Shown here piece after piece: positions 1 to 10,596 of a stretch of 64,000 bases of DNA. The position numbers and the translations under genes were made by a program. How positions within the stretch are numbered: position 1 is the first letter of the stretch; each line of letters begins with the position of its first letter. Origin of the DNA: Terriglobia bacterium (GTDB taxonomy: Bacteria; Acidobacteriota; Terriglobia; 20CM-2-55-15); the NCBI GenBank assembly GCA_965198225.1, contig CBDAOY010000008.1, positions 864,001 to 928,000 on the forward strand. Direction: 5' to 3'. The notes beneath the pieces are model-generated. The model had not been told where the DNA came from. It searched no databases and was given only the letters and a program-made list of their open reading frames with translations.

Positions 1-126
1 CGGCCCTATCGCGTTGCCGTTCTCGAAATACGTGACGAGAATTTCCTCCTCGTCGGTTGTATCGGGGGGCGGGCCACACGCACTCAGGGCGAGTAGGAAG
101 AGGACCAAAAGCGAGACACGATTCAT
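1..126 (-). CDS. Lipoprotein, partial (5' end only; runs off window)
   Basis: ATG at 126 preceded by AGGAG; MNRVSLLVLFLLALSACGPPP has a hydrophobic signal and LSAC lipobox. Confidence 0.65.
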   Translation of the reverse strand, partial: MNRVSLLVLFLLALSACGPPPDTTDEEEILVTYFENGNAIGP

Positions 127-291
127 TCCATGCAACTCCTTGAGATGGGGTGTCAAAAAAGGTTTTAAAGTATAGCATACGCTTGACATCCCGGAACCCG
201 CGGTTGCAACTTTGATACAGTCTGTAGTCCTGTCCTCACAACTTGGAGCCGGATTTCGCGAGCATCCCGGGACGGTGAAGGGAGTGGGTCC

Positions 292-1278
292 GTGCGCAGC
301 AGGGTATACGTCACTCGGCGCATATTTGATGAGGCCATCGTCTTTCTCGCCGAGCAGGTCGAGGTTGTCGGGAACGCCACGGACCGCATCCTCGATCCGG
401 GCGAACTGCGGGACTCGCTCCAGGGGATGGATGGGGTTCTCTGCCTGCTGACCGATCGGATCGACGCCCCCCTGATGGATTTCTGCCCAAACCTCCGCGT
501 TGTGGCTGATGTTGCCGTGGGCTTCAACAACATCGATCTCGAGGCTGCGACCGAACGGGGCATTCTCGTCACAAACACGCCCGGGGTACTGACCGAAACG
601 ACGGCCGACTTCGCCTGGAGCCTGTTGATGGCCGCCGCGCGGCGGGTGGTCGAGGCGGATCGTTATGTTCGGGCGGGAAAATTCAAAGCCTGGGGTCCGA
701 AGCTGCTGCTCGGCCAGGACCTTCACGGGAGGGTCCTGGGCGTGATCGGCCTCGGACGGATCGGCCAGGCCGTCGCGCGCCGGGCAGCGGGGTTCGACAT
801 GGAAGTTCTGTTCTTCGATCCCCAGGAGATCGCCGAAGGCGTCGTTCGCGAGTTGGGAGTTCATAGAGCGTCGCTCGAGGAAATCTTCCGAAACGCGGAC
901 TTCATAAGCCTTCACGTCCCTCTCGTGGAAGAGACCCTACACCTGCTCGACGACGATGCATTTCGTTTGATGAAACCCAACTGCGTAGTGGTAAACACCT
1001 CGCGCGGCGCAGTGATCGACGAGAAGGCGCTGGTCCGTGCACTCCAGGAGGGTGCGATCGCGGGTGCGGGGCTCGACGTTTACGAGCGGGAACCCGACAT
1101 CGAACGGTCGCTCCTGGACCTGGAAAGCGTGGTCCTCGCACCCCACATCGCGAGCGCGTCACGGGAAACCCGGTTAAGGATGTGTATGATGGCTGCTGAG
1201 AACCTCCTCGCCGGTCTGCGCGGCGAACGCCCGGAAAACCTCGTCAACACGGACGCATGGGACAGACCACGCCGATAA
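292..1278 (+). CDS. D-isomer 2-hydroxyacid dehydrogenase (glyoxylate reductase/D-glycerate dehydrogenase)
   Basis: TNTPGVLTETTAD, GLGRIG Rossmann motif, NTSRG, GLDVYERE, APHIAS. Confidence 0.9.
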   Translation: MRSRVYVTRRIFDEAIVFLAEQVEVVGNATDRILDPGELRDSLQGMDGVLCLLTDRIDAPLMDFCPNLRVVADVAVGFNNIDLEAATERGILVTNTPGVLTETTADFAWSLLMAAARRVVEADRYVRAGKFKAWGPKLLLGQDLHGRVLGVIGLGRIGQAVARRAAGFDMEVLFFDPQEIAEGVVRELGVHRASLEEIFRNADFISLHVPLVEETLHLLDDDAFRLMKPNCVVVNTSRGAVIDEKALVRALQEGAIAGAGLDVYEREPDIERSLLDLESVVLAPHIASASRETRLRMCMMAAENLLAGLRGERPENLVNTDAWDRPRR

Positions 1279-2204
1279 CCACGATCAAGCCACCTGCCCT
1301 GAAGACGGGCGACACCATTGGCGTCGTCGCCCCGTCCAGCAACATCAGGCGGGACAAGCTGGCGGCGGGCTGCCGCGAGTTGGAGAGTCTCGGCTTCAAG
1401 GTCCGCTACCGCGAGGACATACATTCCGAGCATCGGTACCTTGCCGGCGGGGTGCATCGGCGCGTCGAGGAGTTCCGGGAGATGCTCGAAGATCCCGGTG
1501 TCGCCGCTATATTCTGCGCTCGCGGCGGCTACGGAAGCGGCCATCTGCTCGAACACTTCTCCAGCGATGAAATCCTGAGGAATCCGAAAATCCTGTGCGG
1601 GGCCAGTGACATCACCATGCTCCTGAACGTCTTCGTGAACGCCGGAGTGGTCGGGTTTCACGGTCCGATGGTCGCGACAGTGCTCAACCAGGGGCCCGAG
1701 GCATACGACCGCGACGTTCTCCTGGGCATGCTGGTCGACGGAGACAAGACGCGTTTCCCGACCCTCGGGACGAAGATCGTGCGCGAGGGCGAAGCCGAAG
1801 GCCGGCTGCTGGGTGGCTGCCTGTCGCTGCTGGTTTCGACGCTGGGCACCGACTGGGAGATCGACACCGCCGAGGGGCTCCTGTTCCTGGAAGATGTGGA
1901 TGCCAAACCGTACCAGGTCGACCGGATGCTGACTCACCTGAAACAGGCCGGCAAACTCGACCAGATCTGCGGTCTTGTATTCGGGGAAATGTTGGGTTGC
2001 CGCCAGCATCCGAATCAGGGGTACGAGCTCGAGGAACTCGTGAGCGACTTCTTCGCCCCCTGGGGAGTGCCTGTCCTGTTCGGGTTCCCGAGTGGACACA
2101 CATCGCGGCCCAATGTCGTTCTGCCCTTTGGGGTTCGCGCCCGTCTTGCCCTGGGCGAAACAAGCGTTTTCGAACTGGTTGAGCCCGCTGTCGAAACTGC
2201 CTAG
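1257..2204 (+). CDS. ldcA: LD-carboxypeptidase (peptidase S66)
   Basis: ARGGYG, GASDIT, FHGPM, GGCLS, LEDV, SGH motifs; next to mpl. Confidence 0.88.
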   Translation: MGQTTPITTIKPPALKTGDTIGVVAPSSNIRRDKLAAGCRELESLGFKVRYREDIHSEHRYLAGGVHRRVEEFREMLEDPGVAAIFCARGGYGSGHLLEHFSSDEILRNPKILCGASDITMLLNVFVNAGVVGFHGPMVATVLNQGPEAYDRDVLLGMLVDGDKTRFPTLGTKIVREGEAEGRLLGGCLSLLVSTLGTDWEIDTAEGLLFLEDVDAKPYQVDRMLTHLKQAGKLDQICGLVFGEMLGCRQHPNQGYELEELVSDFFAPWGVPVLFGFPSGHTSRPNVVLPFGVRARLALGETSVFELVEPAVETA

Positions 2205-2214
2205 CCTTGCAGCC

Positions 2215-3654
2215 GTGGATAAGACCATCAAACACATCTATCTTGCTGGGATTTGTGGCACCGCGATGGCCTCCCTTGCCGGGATGCTGAAGGAAGCGGG
2301 CTATGAAGTTTCGGGCTCGGACTCGGCGGTCTACCCCCCGATGTCTGCTTTTCTTCAGGGTCTTGATATCCCAGTCTATGAGGGTTTTAGTGAGGATAAC
2401 CTAAAGCGACACGTCCCAGATCTTGTGGTCATCGGGAATGTCCTCTCGCGGGGTAACCCGGAAGTCGAGTATGTCCTGAATGAGGACTTGCGGTACCGCT
2501 CGATGCCGGAAACGCTGAAGGAACTCTTCATCCGGGGACGGCGTTCTGTCGTCGTGACGGGAACTCACGGTAAGACCAGGACTACCGCCATGCTTGCCTG
2601 GATGCTGACCTTTGCGGGCCGGGACCCGTCTTTTCTGCTGGGCGGTATCGCCGAGAACTTCCAGAGCAGCTTCCAGATGGGCGGCGGCGCCGATTTCGTG
2701 GTTGAAGGAGACGAGTACGATACGGCCTTCTTCGATAAAGCGCCGAAGTTTCTCCACTACATGCCGCGAATCGCCGTGGTGAAGAACATCGAGTTCGACC
2801 ATGCCGACATCTATCCCGACCTGGAGGCGATCAAGCTGGCTTTTAGACGCTTCGTAAATATCGTTCCCAGCGACGGCCTGCTCATAGCCGGCGTGGACAG
2901 CCCGGCCGTTCGGGAAGTCCTCGCCCACGCTCAATCCAGGGTGGCGACTTACGGACTTGAGAACGGCGACTGGAGGGCGGAGGAATTGGAGGCGACCCAC
3001 CGAGGGATGGCCTTTGCTGTTGTGCTTCGGGATGAGCTCTGGTATCGCTTTCGCATCCCCTTGCCGGGTGAGTTCAACGTGCGGAACGCGTTGAGCGCGA
3101 TCGTCGCCGGCGACGAATTGGGGCTGTCGGCCGTTGAGATGCAGGAGGCGCTTTCCAGGTTCCGGAATGTTCGAAGGCGCCTTGAACTGCGTGGGGAAGT
3201 GGCCGGCGTCCGAATTTACGATGATTTCGCTCATCATCCGACGGCGGTGAGAGAGACCCTGAAGGGAATTCGCGCCCAGTTTCCCGGCAGGAGGATCTGG
3301 GCGGTGTTCGAGCCTCGGTCTCAGACTTCTCGCCGATCTCTGCTCGAGCAGGAGTTCGGCGCGGCGCTGGGTTTGGCCGACATTGCGATCGTCGCTCCGG
3401 TCCACCGGCCGTCTGGTCTGGATCCAGCCGAGCGACTGTCGCCCGAACGGATCGTGCAGGCCCTGGAGCGGAGTGGGTGCCGAGCCCACACGTTCGACAC
3501 GACAGACGAAATAGTGCAGTTCGTGGCCGCAGAGGCGGCCGACGGGGACCAGGTGGTCATCATGTCGAATGGGAGATTCGACAACATCCATGAACGACTC
3601 CTCGAGCTGTTGAACCACACCTGCGCGAGCCTTGGTGGGCAGGGGGACTCTTGA
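2215..3654 (+). CDS. mpl: Murein tripeptide ligase Mpl
   Basis: GICGTAMASLA, YPPMS, GTHGKT, EGDEYDTAFFDK, EFDHAD, DDFAHHPT, FEPRS; GTG start inferred at 2215. Confidence 0.9.
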   Translation: MDKTIKHIYLAGICGTAMASLAGMLKEAGYEVSGSDSAVYPPMSAFLQGLDIPVYEGFSEDNLKRHVPDLVVIGNVLSRGNPEVEYVLNEDLRYRSMPETLKELFIRGRRSVVVTGTHGKTRTTAMLAWMLTFAGRDPSFLLGGIAENFQSSFQMGGGADFVVEGDEYDTAFFDKAPKFLHYMPRIAVVKNIEFDHADIYPDLEAIKLAFRRFVNIVPSDGLLIAGVDSPAVREVLAHAQSRVATYGLENGDWRAEELEATHRGMAFAVVLRDELWYRFRIPLPGEFNVRNALSAIVAGDELGLSAVEMQEALSRFRNVRRRLELRGEVAGVRIYDDFAHHPTAVRETLKGIRAQFPGRRIWAVFEPRSQTSRRSLLEQEFGAALGLADIAIVAPVHRPSGLDPAERLSPERIVQALERSGCRAHTFDTTDEIVQFVAAEAADGDQVVIMSNGRFDNIHERLLELLNHTCASLGGQGDS

Positions 3655-3655
3655 C

Positions 3656-5158
3656 ATGGGAAGATTGGTACTGACTACGCTGATCTGGGCAATTCCGGCT
3701 TTCTCTCAATCAGTCCACTATCGGGTAGCGATGCCCGATCCCGGCAGCCACCTGTTTCACATCGAGATTGAGATCGAGAACCCCGGCGGCGAATCCATGG
3801 AGCTGGGGTTGCCGGCTTGGAATGCGACGTATGTGATTCGGAACTTTGCCCAGTTCCTTCAGGGCTTCGACGCCAACGTCCCCGCGAGGCGGATTGACAA
3901 GCAGACGTGGCGCATTGAACCCGGAACGGAAACGTCGGTGCGGGTCCGGTACACGATCTACGCGAACCAGAAGAGCCCTTTCTCGAGCGAGCTCAACGAG
4001 CAACATGCCTTCTTCAACAGCGCCAACCTCCTGCTGCTCTGGAAGCAGCAACGGGATCTTGCAGTGACGCTGGAGATCGAGCCACCTCGGGGTTGGACGA
4101 TCGCAACCAGCCTCCCGCCGACAGCCCGGGAGAACTTATTTCAAGCGGACAATTACGACCATCTGGTCGATAGTCCCGTCGATGTCGGCATCCTCGACCG
4201 GCACAGCTTCACTGTCCGGGGAGTTCCCGTGTACGTCATCGTGGACGGAGCTCACAGGGACTACGACGCCGACGAACTCGTGTCGGTTCTGGAGCGCATG
4301 GTGGCGGGCCATGTCGATCTCATGGGGGACGTCCCGTTCGACCACTATTACTTCCTCTACCACTTCACGAGAGAACGGAGCGGCGGAGGGATGGAACATC
4401 GGGACTCGACCGCCATTCACCGGACGTTCGCACCCGACGAGAGATCGGTACAGGGGGTTGTCGGCGTCAGTTCCCACGAGTTCTTCCACCTGTGGAACGT
4501 CAAACGAATCCGGCCGCAGAACATGGAACCGATCGACTACTTCCAGGAAGACTACAGCACGGCCCTCTGGTTCAGCGAAGGGTTTACCAGCTACTACGGC
4601 GGCCTCGTCCTGACACGGACCGAGCTTCAGAGCCGCCGGCAGTACTACCGGTCGCTGGCCCGCCAGATTCGGACGCTCCAGTCCCGGCCGGGAAGGCGGA
4701 AGCTGTCAGCGGCCCACTCCAGCCTGTTGACCTGGTTCGACGATCGAACTTTCTTCAACACGGCTGAAAACAGCTTTTCCTACTACAACAAGGGACTGTT
4801 GATTGGGTTGTTGCTCGACCTGAAGATTCGTGACGCCAGTGACAACCGGTTCACGCTCGATGACGTAGTGAGACATCTCAACGAAGACTACGCGAAGAAA
4901 GGACGCTACTTCGAGGACGACTACGGCGTCGCCCGTGCGATCACAGAAGTTACGGGTCTGGACCTGGACGAGATCTATACCGATTTCGTGCATCGCACCG
5001 CCGAGCTCCCGTACGCGGAATACCTCGGATACGCGGGGCTCGAACTGGTCGAGGGGACCGGTCAGGGGGGGGCGGCCGGCTACGAGATCCACGAGACGGA
5101 AAACACCAGCCCGAAGCAGCTCGCAATTCGCGAGTCCTGGCTAAGCGGAGGAGGTTGA
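3656..5158 (+). CDS. Secreted M61 family metallopeptidase
   Basis: Signal peptide, GGGMEH, HEFFHLWNVKRIRP, WFSEGFTSYY, SYYNKG. Confidence 0.88.
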   Translation: MGRLVLTTLIWAIPAFSQSVHYRVAMPDPGSHLFHIEIEIENPGGESMELGLPAWNATYVIRNFAQFLQGFDANVPARRIDKQTWRIEPGTETSVRVRYTIYANQKSPFSSELNEQHAFFNSANLLLLWKQQRDLAVTLEIEPPRGWTIATSLPPTARENLFQADNYDHLVDSPVDVGILDRHSFTVRGVPVYVIVDGAHRDYDADELVSVLERMVAGHVDLMGDVPFDHYYFLYHFTRERSGGGMEHRDSTAIHRTFAPDERSVQGVVGVSSHEFFHLWNVKRIRPQNMEPIDYFQEDYSTALWFSEGFTSYYGGLVLTRTELQSRRQYYRSLARQIRTLQSRPGRRKLSAAHSSLLTWFDDRTFFNTAENSFSYYNKGLLIGLLLDLKIRDASDNRFTLDDVVRHLNEDYAKKGRYFEDDYGVARAITEVTGLDLDEIYTDFVHRTAELPYAEYLGYAGLELVEGTGQGGAAGYEIHETENTSPKQLAIRESWLSGGG

Positions 5159-5159
5159 G

Positions 5160-5561
5160 TTGGGGACCGCGAAACTGATGTATTCGCTGATCTGCGACGA
5201 CGTCCGACTGGAGGTCGGGAACAAGCTGTCGTTGATGGGCGTCTTCCAGAACGTTTTCCTTGCGACCTTTCCGTCCGCGGTGGTGAAGTTCGCCGTCGTC
5301 AATCACTGGGAGGGAAACGGCGAGTTCGAGACGCAGGTCAAGATCCTGAACCCTGCGCGCGAGGAAACCGTGTCTTCGGTATCGGCCTCCTTCGCGATCT
5401 CGGGCCAGGGCCATGCCGACAACATCACTTTCTTCGCGAACGTCACATTCGATCGGCCCGGTACCTACACCCTCCAGGTCTTTCTGTCCGGGGACCTCGT
5501 TAAAGAGAGTCCCCTGCATGTTCGGCAAGTCCAGACTGCGCCGTCGGGTCCGGTTAATTAG
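5160..5561 (+). CDS. Hypothetical protein (DUF6941-like)
   Basis: GGAGG RBS; CDDVRLEVGNKLSLMGVF N-terminus, beta-rich. Confidence 0.65.
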   Translation: MGTAKLMYSLICDDVRLEVGNKLSLMGVFQNVFLATFPSAVVKFAVVNHWEGNGEFETQVKILNPAREETVSSVSASFAISGQGHADNITFFANVTFDRPGTYTLQVFLSGDLVKESPLHVRQVQTAPSGPVN

Positions 5562-5613
5562 GGGAAAGTAGGCCGTTGTCCGTAGGCCGTTGTTCGTTTG
5601 AAGAGGAGGGAGG

Positions 5614-6837
5614 GTGGCAAGTGACGAGCCGGAGGCGCTTCCCCGCGAAATGACTGAGCGGCTCTACTACAACGATCCCTATCTTCTCGAGTTTGATGCG
5701 GAGATTGTCGACCGGTTTCCAGTCGACGCCCGACACGGTCTTGTCTTGGATAGGACCGCTTTCTACCCCACATCGGGAGGACAACCCAACGACACAGGGA
5801 CGATCGCCGGCGGCTCCGTGGTGGACTGCTATGAGGAAGACTCCGGACGGGTTGTTCATGTGCTTGACGAACCGGTTGAAGGCGATCGGGTGCACGCGAT
5901 CGTCGATCGGGAGCGGCGAATCGACCATATGCAACAGCACTCGGGCCAGCATGTTCTATCACAGGCCTTCGTCGAGTTGTTCGGGTGGGGAACCGTGGGC
6001 TTTCACCTCGGCGCGGTTGCTTCAACCATTGATGTGGACGTGGCGGCAGCTTCCGCAGACCAGATCGTGGCTGCGGAGGCATTGGCGAACAGGACCGTGC
6101 TTGGGGACGCTCGGGTCGCCGTGGAATATGTCGAGAATGAGGACCTGGCCGAAGCGGGCCTCCGGAAACCGACCGAACGTACAGGTCGGGTCCGCGTGAT
6201 CGACATCGAAGGGTTCGATCGTTCAGCCTGCGGCGGGACCCATGTCAGGGCGACCGGGCAGATCGGGCCGATCCTGATCACGCGGACCGAACGCGTACGA
6301 AAACAGGTCCGCGTGGAGTTCCTGTGCGGCTACCGTGCGGTGCGACATGGCCGCAACGCGAACAGAGTCCTCAATGAAATCGCGCAGATCACGTCCGCTC
6401 CCGCCCTGCAATCCGTTACCGCCGTGCAGTCGATGAAGGACGAGCTGTTACGTCGGATGAAGACGATCGAGGAACTCCAGACCCGGCTGATAGAACACGA
6501 AGCGGCGTCTTTCCCGCTCGAGGATGGGTTCGCCGTCGCCGTCTGCGAGGATCGAACACCGGATCAGCTCCGGGAGCTCGCGCGGAAGATATGTGTGAAG
6601 CAATCCGCGGTGGTCCTGTTCGCGACGCGGACCGATCCCGCGAGCGTCGTGTTCGCTGCGTCGGAGGATCGATCCGTGGACGTAGGGGCCCTGCTCAAGA
6701 AGGTGATTGCCGTGTTCGGGGGACGTGGTGGCGGGCGGCGAACGCTGGCCCAGGGCGGCATACCCGGTTTGAGCGATCCCTCGATGTTGCTGGAATTCGC
6801 GCGGAAAGCGGCTCTCACCGACGCCGCGGCGACGTGA
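5614..6837 (+). CDS. Alanyl-tRNA editing protein AlaX-L with DHHA1 domain
   Basis: TAFYPTSGGQPND, HMQQHSGQH, CGGTHV, GGRGGG...AQGG; start may be 5650. Confidence 0.88.
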   Translation: MASDEPEALPREMTERLYYNDPYLLEFDAEIVDRFPVDARHGLVLDRTAFYPTSGGQPNDTGTIAGGSVVDCYEEDSGRVVHVLDEPVEGDRVHAIVDRERRIDHMQQHSGQHVLSQAFVELFGWGTVGFHLGAVASTIDVDVAAASADQIVAAEALANRTVLGDARVAVEYVENEDLAEAGLRKPTERTGRVRVIDIEGFDRSACGGTHVRATGQIGPILITRTERVRKQVRVEFLCGYRAVRHGRNANRVLNEIAQITSAPALQSVTAVQSMKDELLRRMKTIEELQTRLIEHEAASFPLEDGFAVAVCEDRTPDQLRELARKICVKQSAVVLFATRTDPASVVFAASEDRSVDVGALLKKVIAVFGGRGGGRRTLAQGGIPGLSDPSMLLEFARKAALTDAAAT

Positions 6838-7374
6838 TCACCTGAGCGCCGCCACGATTGCCTCGGAAAAAGGGCCGGCCTGCGTCGGGCCCTCGGCCAT
6901 GATCAGCTTCCCGTCCACGATGAGTTTCTCGCCGACGTAGGTTGCCCCCGCCTTCTTCAGCTCCTCGATGGCCTCGGGCAGGAAGTAGACTGTCGCGTTC
7001 CTCCCTTCCAGCAGGTTTGCTTTGGCCAGAACCACTGTCGAGAGGGATATTGCCGCCACCAGCTTGCCGGCCTCGGCCATAGCCGCGAGTAATTCGGCGA
7101 GCATCTTATCCTTCCAGAAAAGTTCCGGCACAGAGCTTCCGCCCGACAGGACGGCGGCATCGTAGTCCTCCGCGCTGACATCGGCGATGGCGACGGCGGC
7201 CTCGATCATACCCTCCCGCATGCCGCGGCAGGTTCGCGCCTCTCCGGAAGCAACTACGACGTGAGCGCCCTGCTTTTCCAGTATTCGTTTGGGTTCGAAG
7301 ACCTCTTCTTCGCGAAACTGGGTCTGGGGAATTATCAGAAGTACCTTCCTGCCGTCGAGCTTAGTTTCGGCCAT
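6838..7374 (-). CDS. DJ-1/PfpI family protein
   Basis: FREEE, YDAAVLSGG, VAAISLS, LLEGRNATV. Confidence 0.8.
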   Translation of the reverse strand: MAETKLDGRKVLLIIPQTQFREEEVFEPKRILEKQGAHVVVASGEARTCRGMREGMIEAAVAIADVSAEDYDAAVLSGGSSVPELFWKDKMLAELLAAMAEAGKLVAAISLSTVVLAKANLLEGRNATVYFLPEAIEELKKAGATYVGEKLIVDGKLIMAEGPTQAGPFSEAIVAALR

Positions 7375-7450
7375 CAGCGATCTCCTCCGTTGTAGCGGAC
7401 GATTATACCCTGTTAGAATCGAGGAGCTTCAGGAGAGGAGAGAGTCACGG

Positions 7451-8200
7451 ATGATTCAGCTGAAAAGCCCACAGGAAATCGACAGGATGAGGACTCCGGC
7501 GCGGATCGACGCGGAAGTTCTGTCGATCGTGCGTGAGAACTGCGTGGAAGGCGTTTCCACCTACGATCTTGATCGAATCGCAGAGGAGGAAACCCTCAAG
7601 CGGGGCGGAAAGCCGACCTTCAAGGGTTACCGGGGCTTTCCGGCGTCACTGTGCACCTCCATCAACCAGGAAGTCGTACACGGCATCCCGTCGAAGAAAA
7701 GGATTCTGAAGTCGGGCGATATCCTGGGCATCGATTTCGGTGTGACATTCGACGGTTTCATCGGCGACCATGCCATGACCGTTCCCATCGGGGAGGTCTC
7801 CGATGAGATCGAGCAACTGCTCCGGGTCACCGAGGAGTCGCTCCACAACGGCATCGAAGCAGCCAGACCAGGCAATTTCCTTGCCGACATTTCTGCCGCA
7901 ATCCAGGGGACGACCGAGCCGTACCAATACGGAATCGTTCGCGAGTTCTGCGGCCACGGTATCGGCCGCGCCCTCCACGAGGATCCGCCGGTCCTCAATT
8001 ATGTCCACAACGGACGGGGTCCGAAAATCAAACCAGGCTTATGCGTCGCGTTGGAACCGATGATCAACCTCGGTACCGACAAGGTCCGCATCCTGGACGA
8101 CGGCTGGACTGTCATCACCGAAGACGCCAAGCCCTCCGCCCATTTCGAACACACGGTCGCCGTTACTCCCGACGGACCGGAGATTCTGACCAAACTGTAG
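7451..8200 (+). CDS. map: Type I methionine aminopeptidase
   Basis: CTSINQEVVHGIP, GHGIG..LHEDP, EPMIN, SAHFEHT. Confidence 0.95.
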   Translation: MIQLKSPQEIDRMRTPARIDAEVLSIVRENCVEGVSTYDLDRIAEEETLKRGGKPTFKGYRGFPASLCTSINQEVVHGIPSKKRILKSGDILGIDFGVTFDGFIGDHAMTVPIGEVSDEIEQLLRVTEESLHNGIEAARPGNFLADISAAIQGTTEPYQYGIVREFCGHGIGRALHEDPPVLNYVHNGRGPKIKPGLCVALEPMINLGTDKVRILDDGWTVITEDAKPSAHFEHTVAVTPDGPEILTKL

Positions 8201-8342
8201 CGGCAAAGCCGCTCCAGGTTGGTCGCGTAGGCCGTTGTCCGTAGGCCGTTGTCGACCCTCCCCCTGTCACCCCATTCAACGCCAGCGTTGGTTTGCCCCC
8301 CGCGGCGCAGCCGCGAACGGCCTACGGCCTACGCGCAACGGC

Positions 8343-9239
8343 CTACGGTCCCGGCGAATAGTACCCGTGCCGATAGTTCGTCTTGTAGCGCGGGGTTTCC
8401 GGAGGGGTCCGGACCTGGATGCGGACCGAACGCCAGGTTCCGTCGCGTCGCGCGTTCGACGGGGCGTAGCCGAGAGTGTAGAGTTCCCGGAGTTCCCGGG
8501 CGATTCGTTCGGTGAGCGCGGGGATTTCGTCGACGCTTTGTGGGAAGAATGCGCGCCCTCCGCTCAAGTCGGCCATCTCTGACAGCGCTGCCCGGGCCCC
8601 GCGGCCCGCCAGCGAGTTGTTCAGGATGCCGATGGGATAGACGGGTACGCCGGAGGATCGGACCTTTTCCAGAACATCGGCAAGCGCGGCAACGCTGGCG
8701 TTGTCGGCGCCGTCAGTGACCAGGAGGATGGCCTTCTGGTCGTACCTGCCTTCCGCCATCTTGCCCAGGCCCTCGATGATGGCGTCGTACAGCGCCGTCT
8801 GGCCGTAGGGGCTGATCGAAGCCAGGGTCTGTTCCAGAAGGAATATGTCGGCGGTGAAGTCGTTCGCCAACCGGACCGTGTCGTCGAAATGGAGAAGAAA
8901 GGCCTCGTCCTGCGGGTTGCTGAGTCGGACGAAGGACACGGCCGCGGCGTCGACCCGATCCTTCCTGCGCTCCATACTCCGGCTGTTGTCGATGATCAGG
9001 CCCAGGCTGACCGGCCGGTCGTCATGGCGGAACAGCTGGATCTGCTGCTCAATTCTATCTTCGAAGATCCGGAAGTCGAGTTCTGTGAGGTTGGGAACGT
9101 TCCGGTCTCCCTCGTCGAGAACCGTCACCTGCAGTTCGACCAGATCGACATTGACGTTGAGGGTGAAGTCGGGGTCCTGCGCCGCCAGGGAGCCGCATAG
9201 ACATAGGAGTAGCACGAGCAGGCCGAGGGTGCGGATCAT
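8343..9239 (-). CDS. Secreted VWA-domain protein (Acidobacterial type)
   Basis: Signal peptide, DNSRSM MIDAS, TALYDA, VTDGADN, YTLGY. Confidence 0.85.
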   Translation of the reverse strand: MIRTLGLLVLLLCLCGSLAAQDPDFTLNVNVDLVELQVTVLDEGDRNVPNLTELDFRIFEDRIEQQIQLFRHDDRPVSLGLIIDNSRSMERRKDRVDAAAVSFVRLSNPQDEAFLLHFDDTVRLANDFTADIFLLEQTLASISPYGQTALYDAIIEGLGKMAEGRYDQKAILLVTDGADNASVAALADVLEKVRSSGVPVYPIGILNNSLAGRGARAALSEMADLSGGRAFFPQSVDEIPALTERIARELRELYTLGYAPSNARRDGTWRSVRIQVRTPPETPRYKTNYRHGYYSPGP

Positions 9240-9330
9240 GACGACTCGAATGTGCCACCGGCGGCGTCCAGTACTGGTCCGGTGCTGGAAACGAGCGTGG
9301 TCCTCGAGGACCACCCGTCTCCGAGTCCGG

Positions 9331-10596
9331 CTATTGGTTGGGGCCGGGTCTGTTGGAGAACTTCTCGTAGAGCTCCGTATGCTTGCTGTCCAGATCGACG
9401 GGTTTACCCGCGATGAACAGATGCCGCAGGTTCGTGGTGACTTCCATTGGATCGCCCTCGGTCAGGATGATGTTGGCGACCTTGCCTTCCTCCAGACTGC
9501 CAAGCTGATCGCCGACGCCAAGAATCTCCGCCGGATTGATCGTGATCGCCTTCAGGGCTTCCTCCTTCGACAGGCCGAAGGCAACGGCCATACCGGCGAG
9601 GAAGGGGAGGTCCCGTGCGTGAGCCGAGTCGCGGGTGGTGAAAGCAAACCGGATTCCCGCCTCGGCCATCTGGCCAGCGATCGAAAAGACCGCGTCGTAA
9701 GGATCGGCGTCGTTGTCGGGCAGGTCCGTGATGGGTCCCAGGAAGACAGAAGCCCCTGACTCCGCGATAAGGTCGATGGAATCCCGGGCCTGGGTACATC
9801 CGCTGAGTACCGTTTCGAGCCCGAACTCCTCGGCGATCTCCAGCGCCTCTTGAACCTCCTGGTTGGTCTGGACCGTAAAGACCGCAGCCATATCGCCTTT
9901 CACGACCGGAACGAGAGCACGCTGGATGAAATTCTCGCTGGAGTCGACACCCGCATCGATCAGTTTCGCGAACGACTGAGCTTCCCTCAACGTCGTCCGC
10001 AGAAGATCGAGTTCTTCTTCTCGAGCCTCCTCGCGGCGTCGCCGCTGTTGTTGCGGCGTATCCGCGCTGAATTTCAGTTCCGAGGGGAAGTTGATGATCA
10101 TCGCGGCTCCGTCCCGGACGAGCATCTCCTCGGTGACCCACCCGTTCAGGTTGATGATCGCGCCCTGCCCGCCGAACAGCCCACCGCCGGGCGCCGACAT
10201 CACGGTCGTGATCCCGTTGACCCGGGTGACCGGGATGTGCTCGCTGTGCGGACTGATGGCCCCCGATGCCATCATGTGCGGGTTGAGGTCTCCGATTTCG
10301 CTCGTGTCGAGAGTCGCCGCGACCGAGCCGATCTCTCTCAGGCCGACCGACGTATGGGGATCGATCAGCCCGGGATACGCGGTCAGGCCACGTCCGTCGA
10401 TGGTTTCCGTTCGTCGGGGAATCGAGATGTCTTCGCCGATCGCCGCGATTCGTCCGTCCTGAATCAGGATATTCCCCCTGGGAATCGTTTCGCCGGCGCC
10501 GCTGACGATCCCGACATCCCGGATCGCGTAGGTCTGGGCAAGGGCGAGGTGCGGAGTGGCCATTAGCAGGATTGTCAGAAGGAAGCGATTAGTCAT
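9331..10596 (-). CDS. Secreted amidohydrolase family protein
   Basis: PGLIDPH, GITT, AITINPAEILG, GSLEEGKVAN. Confidence 0.85.
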   Translation of the reverse strand: MTNRFLLTILLMATPHLALAQTYAIRDVGIVSGAGETIPRGNILIQDGRIAAIGEDISIPRRTETIDGRGLTAYPGLIDPHTSVGLREIGSVAATLDTSEIGDLNPHMMASGAISPHSEHIPVTRVNGITTVMSAPGGGLFGGQGAIINLNGWVTEEMLVRDGAAMIINFPSELKFSADTPQQQRRRREEAREEELDLLRTTLREAQSFAKLIDAGVDSSENFIQRALVPVVKGDMAAVFTVQTNQEVQEALEIAEEFGLETVLSGCTQARDSIDLIAESGASVFLGPITDLPDNDADPYDAVFSIAGQMAEAGIRFAFTTRDSAHARDLPFLAGMAVAFGLSKEEALKAITINPAEILGVGDQLGSLEEGKVANIILTEGDPMEVTTNLRHLFIAGKPVDLDSKHTELYEKFSNRPGPNQ

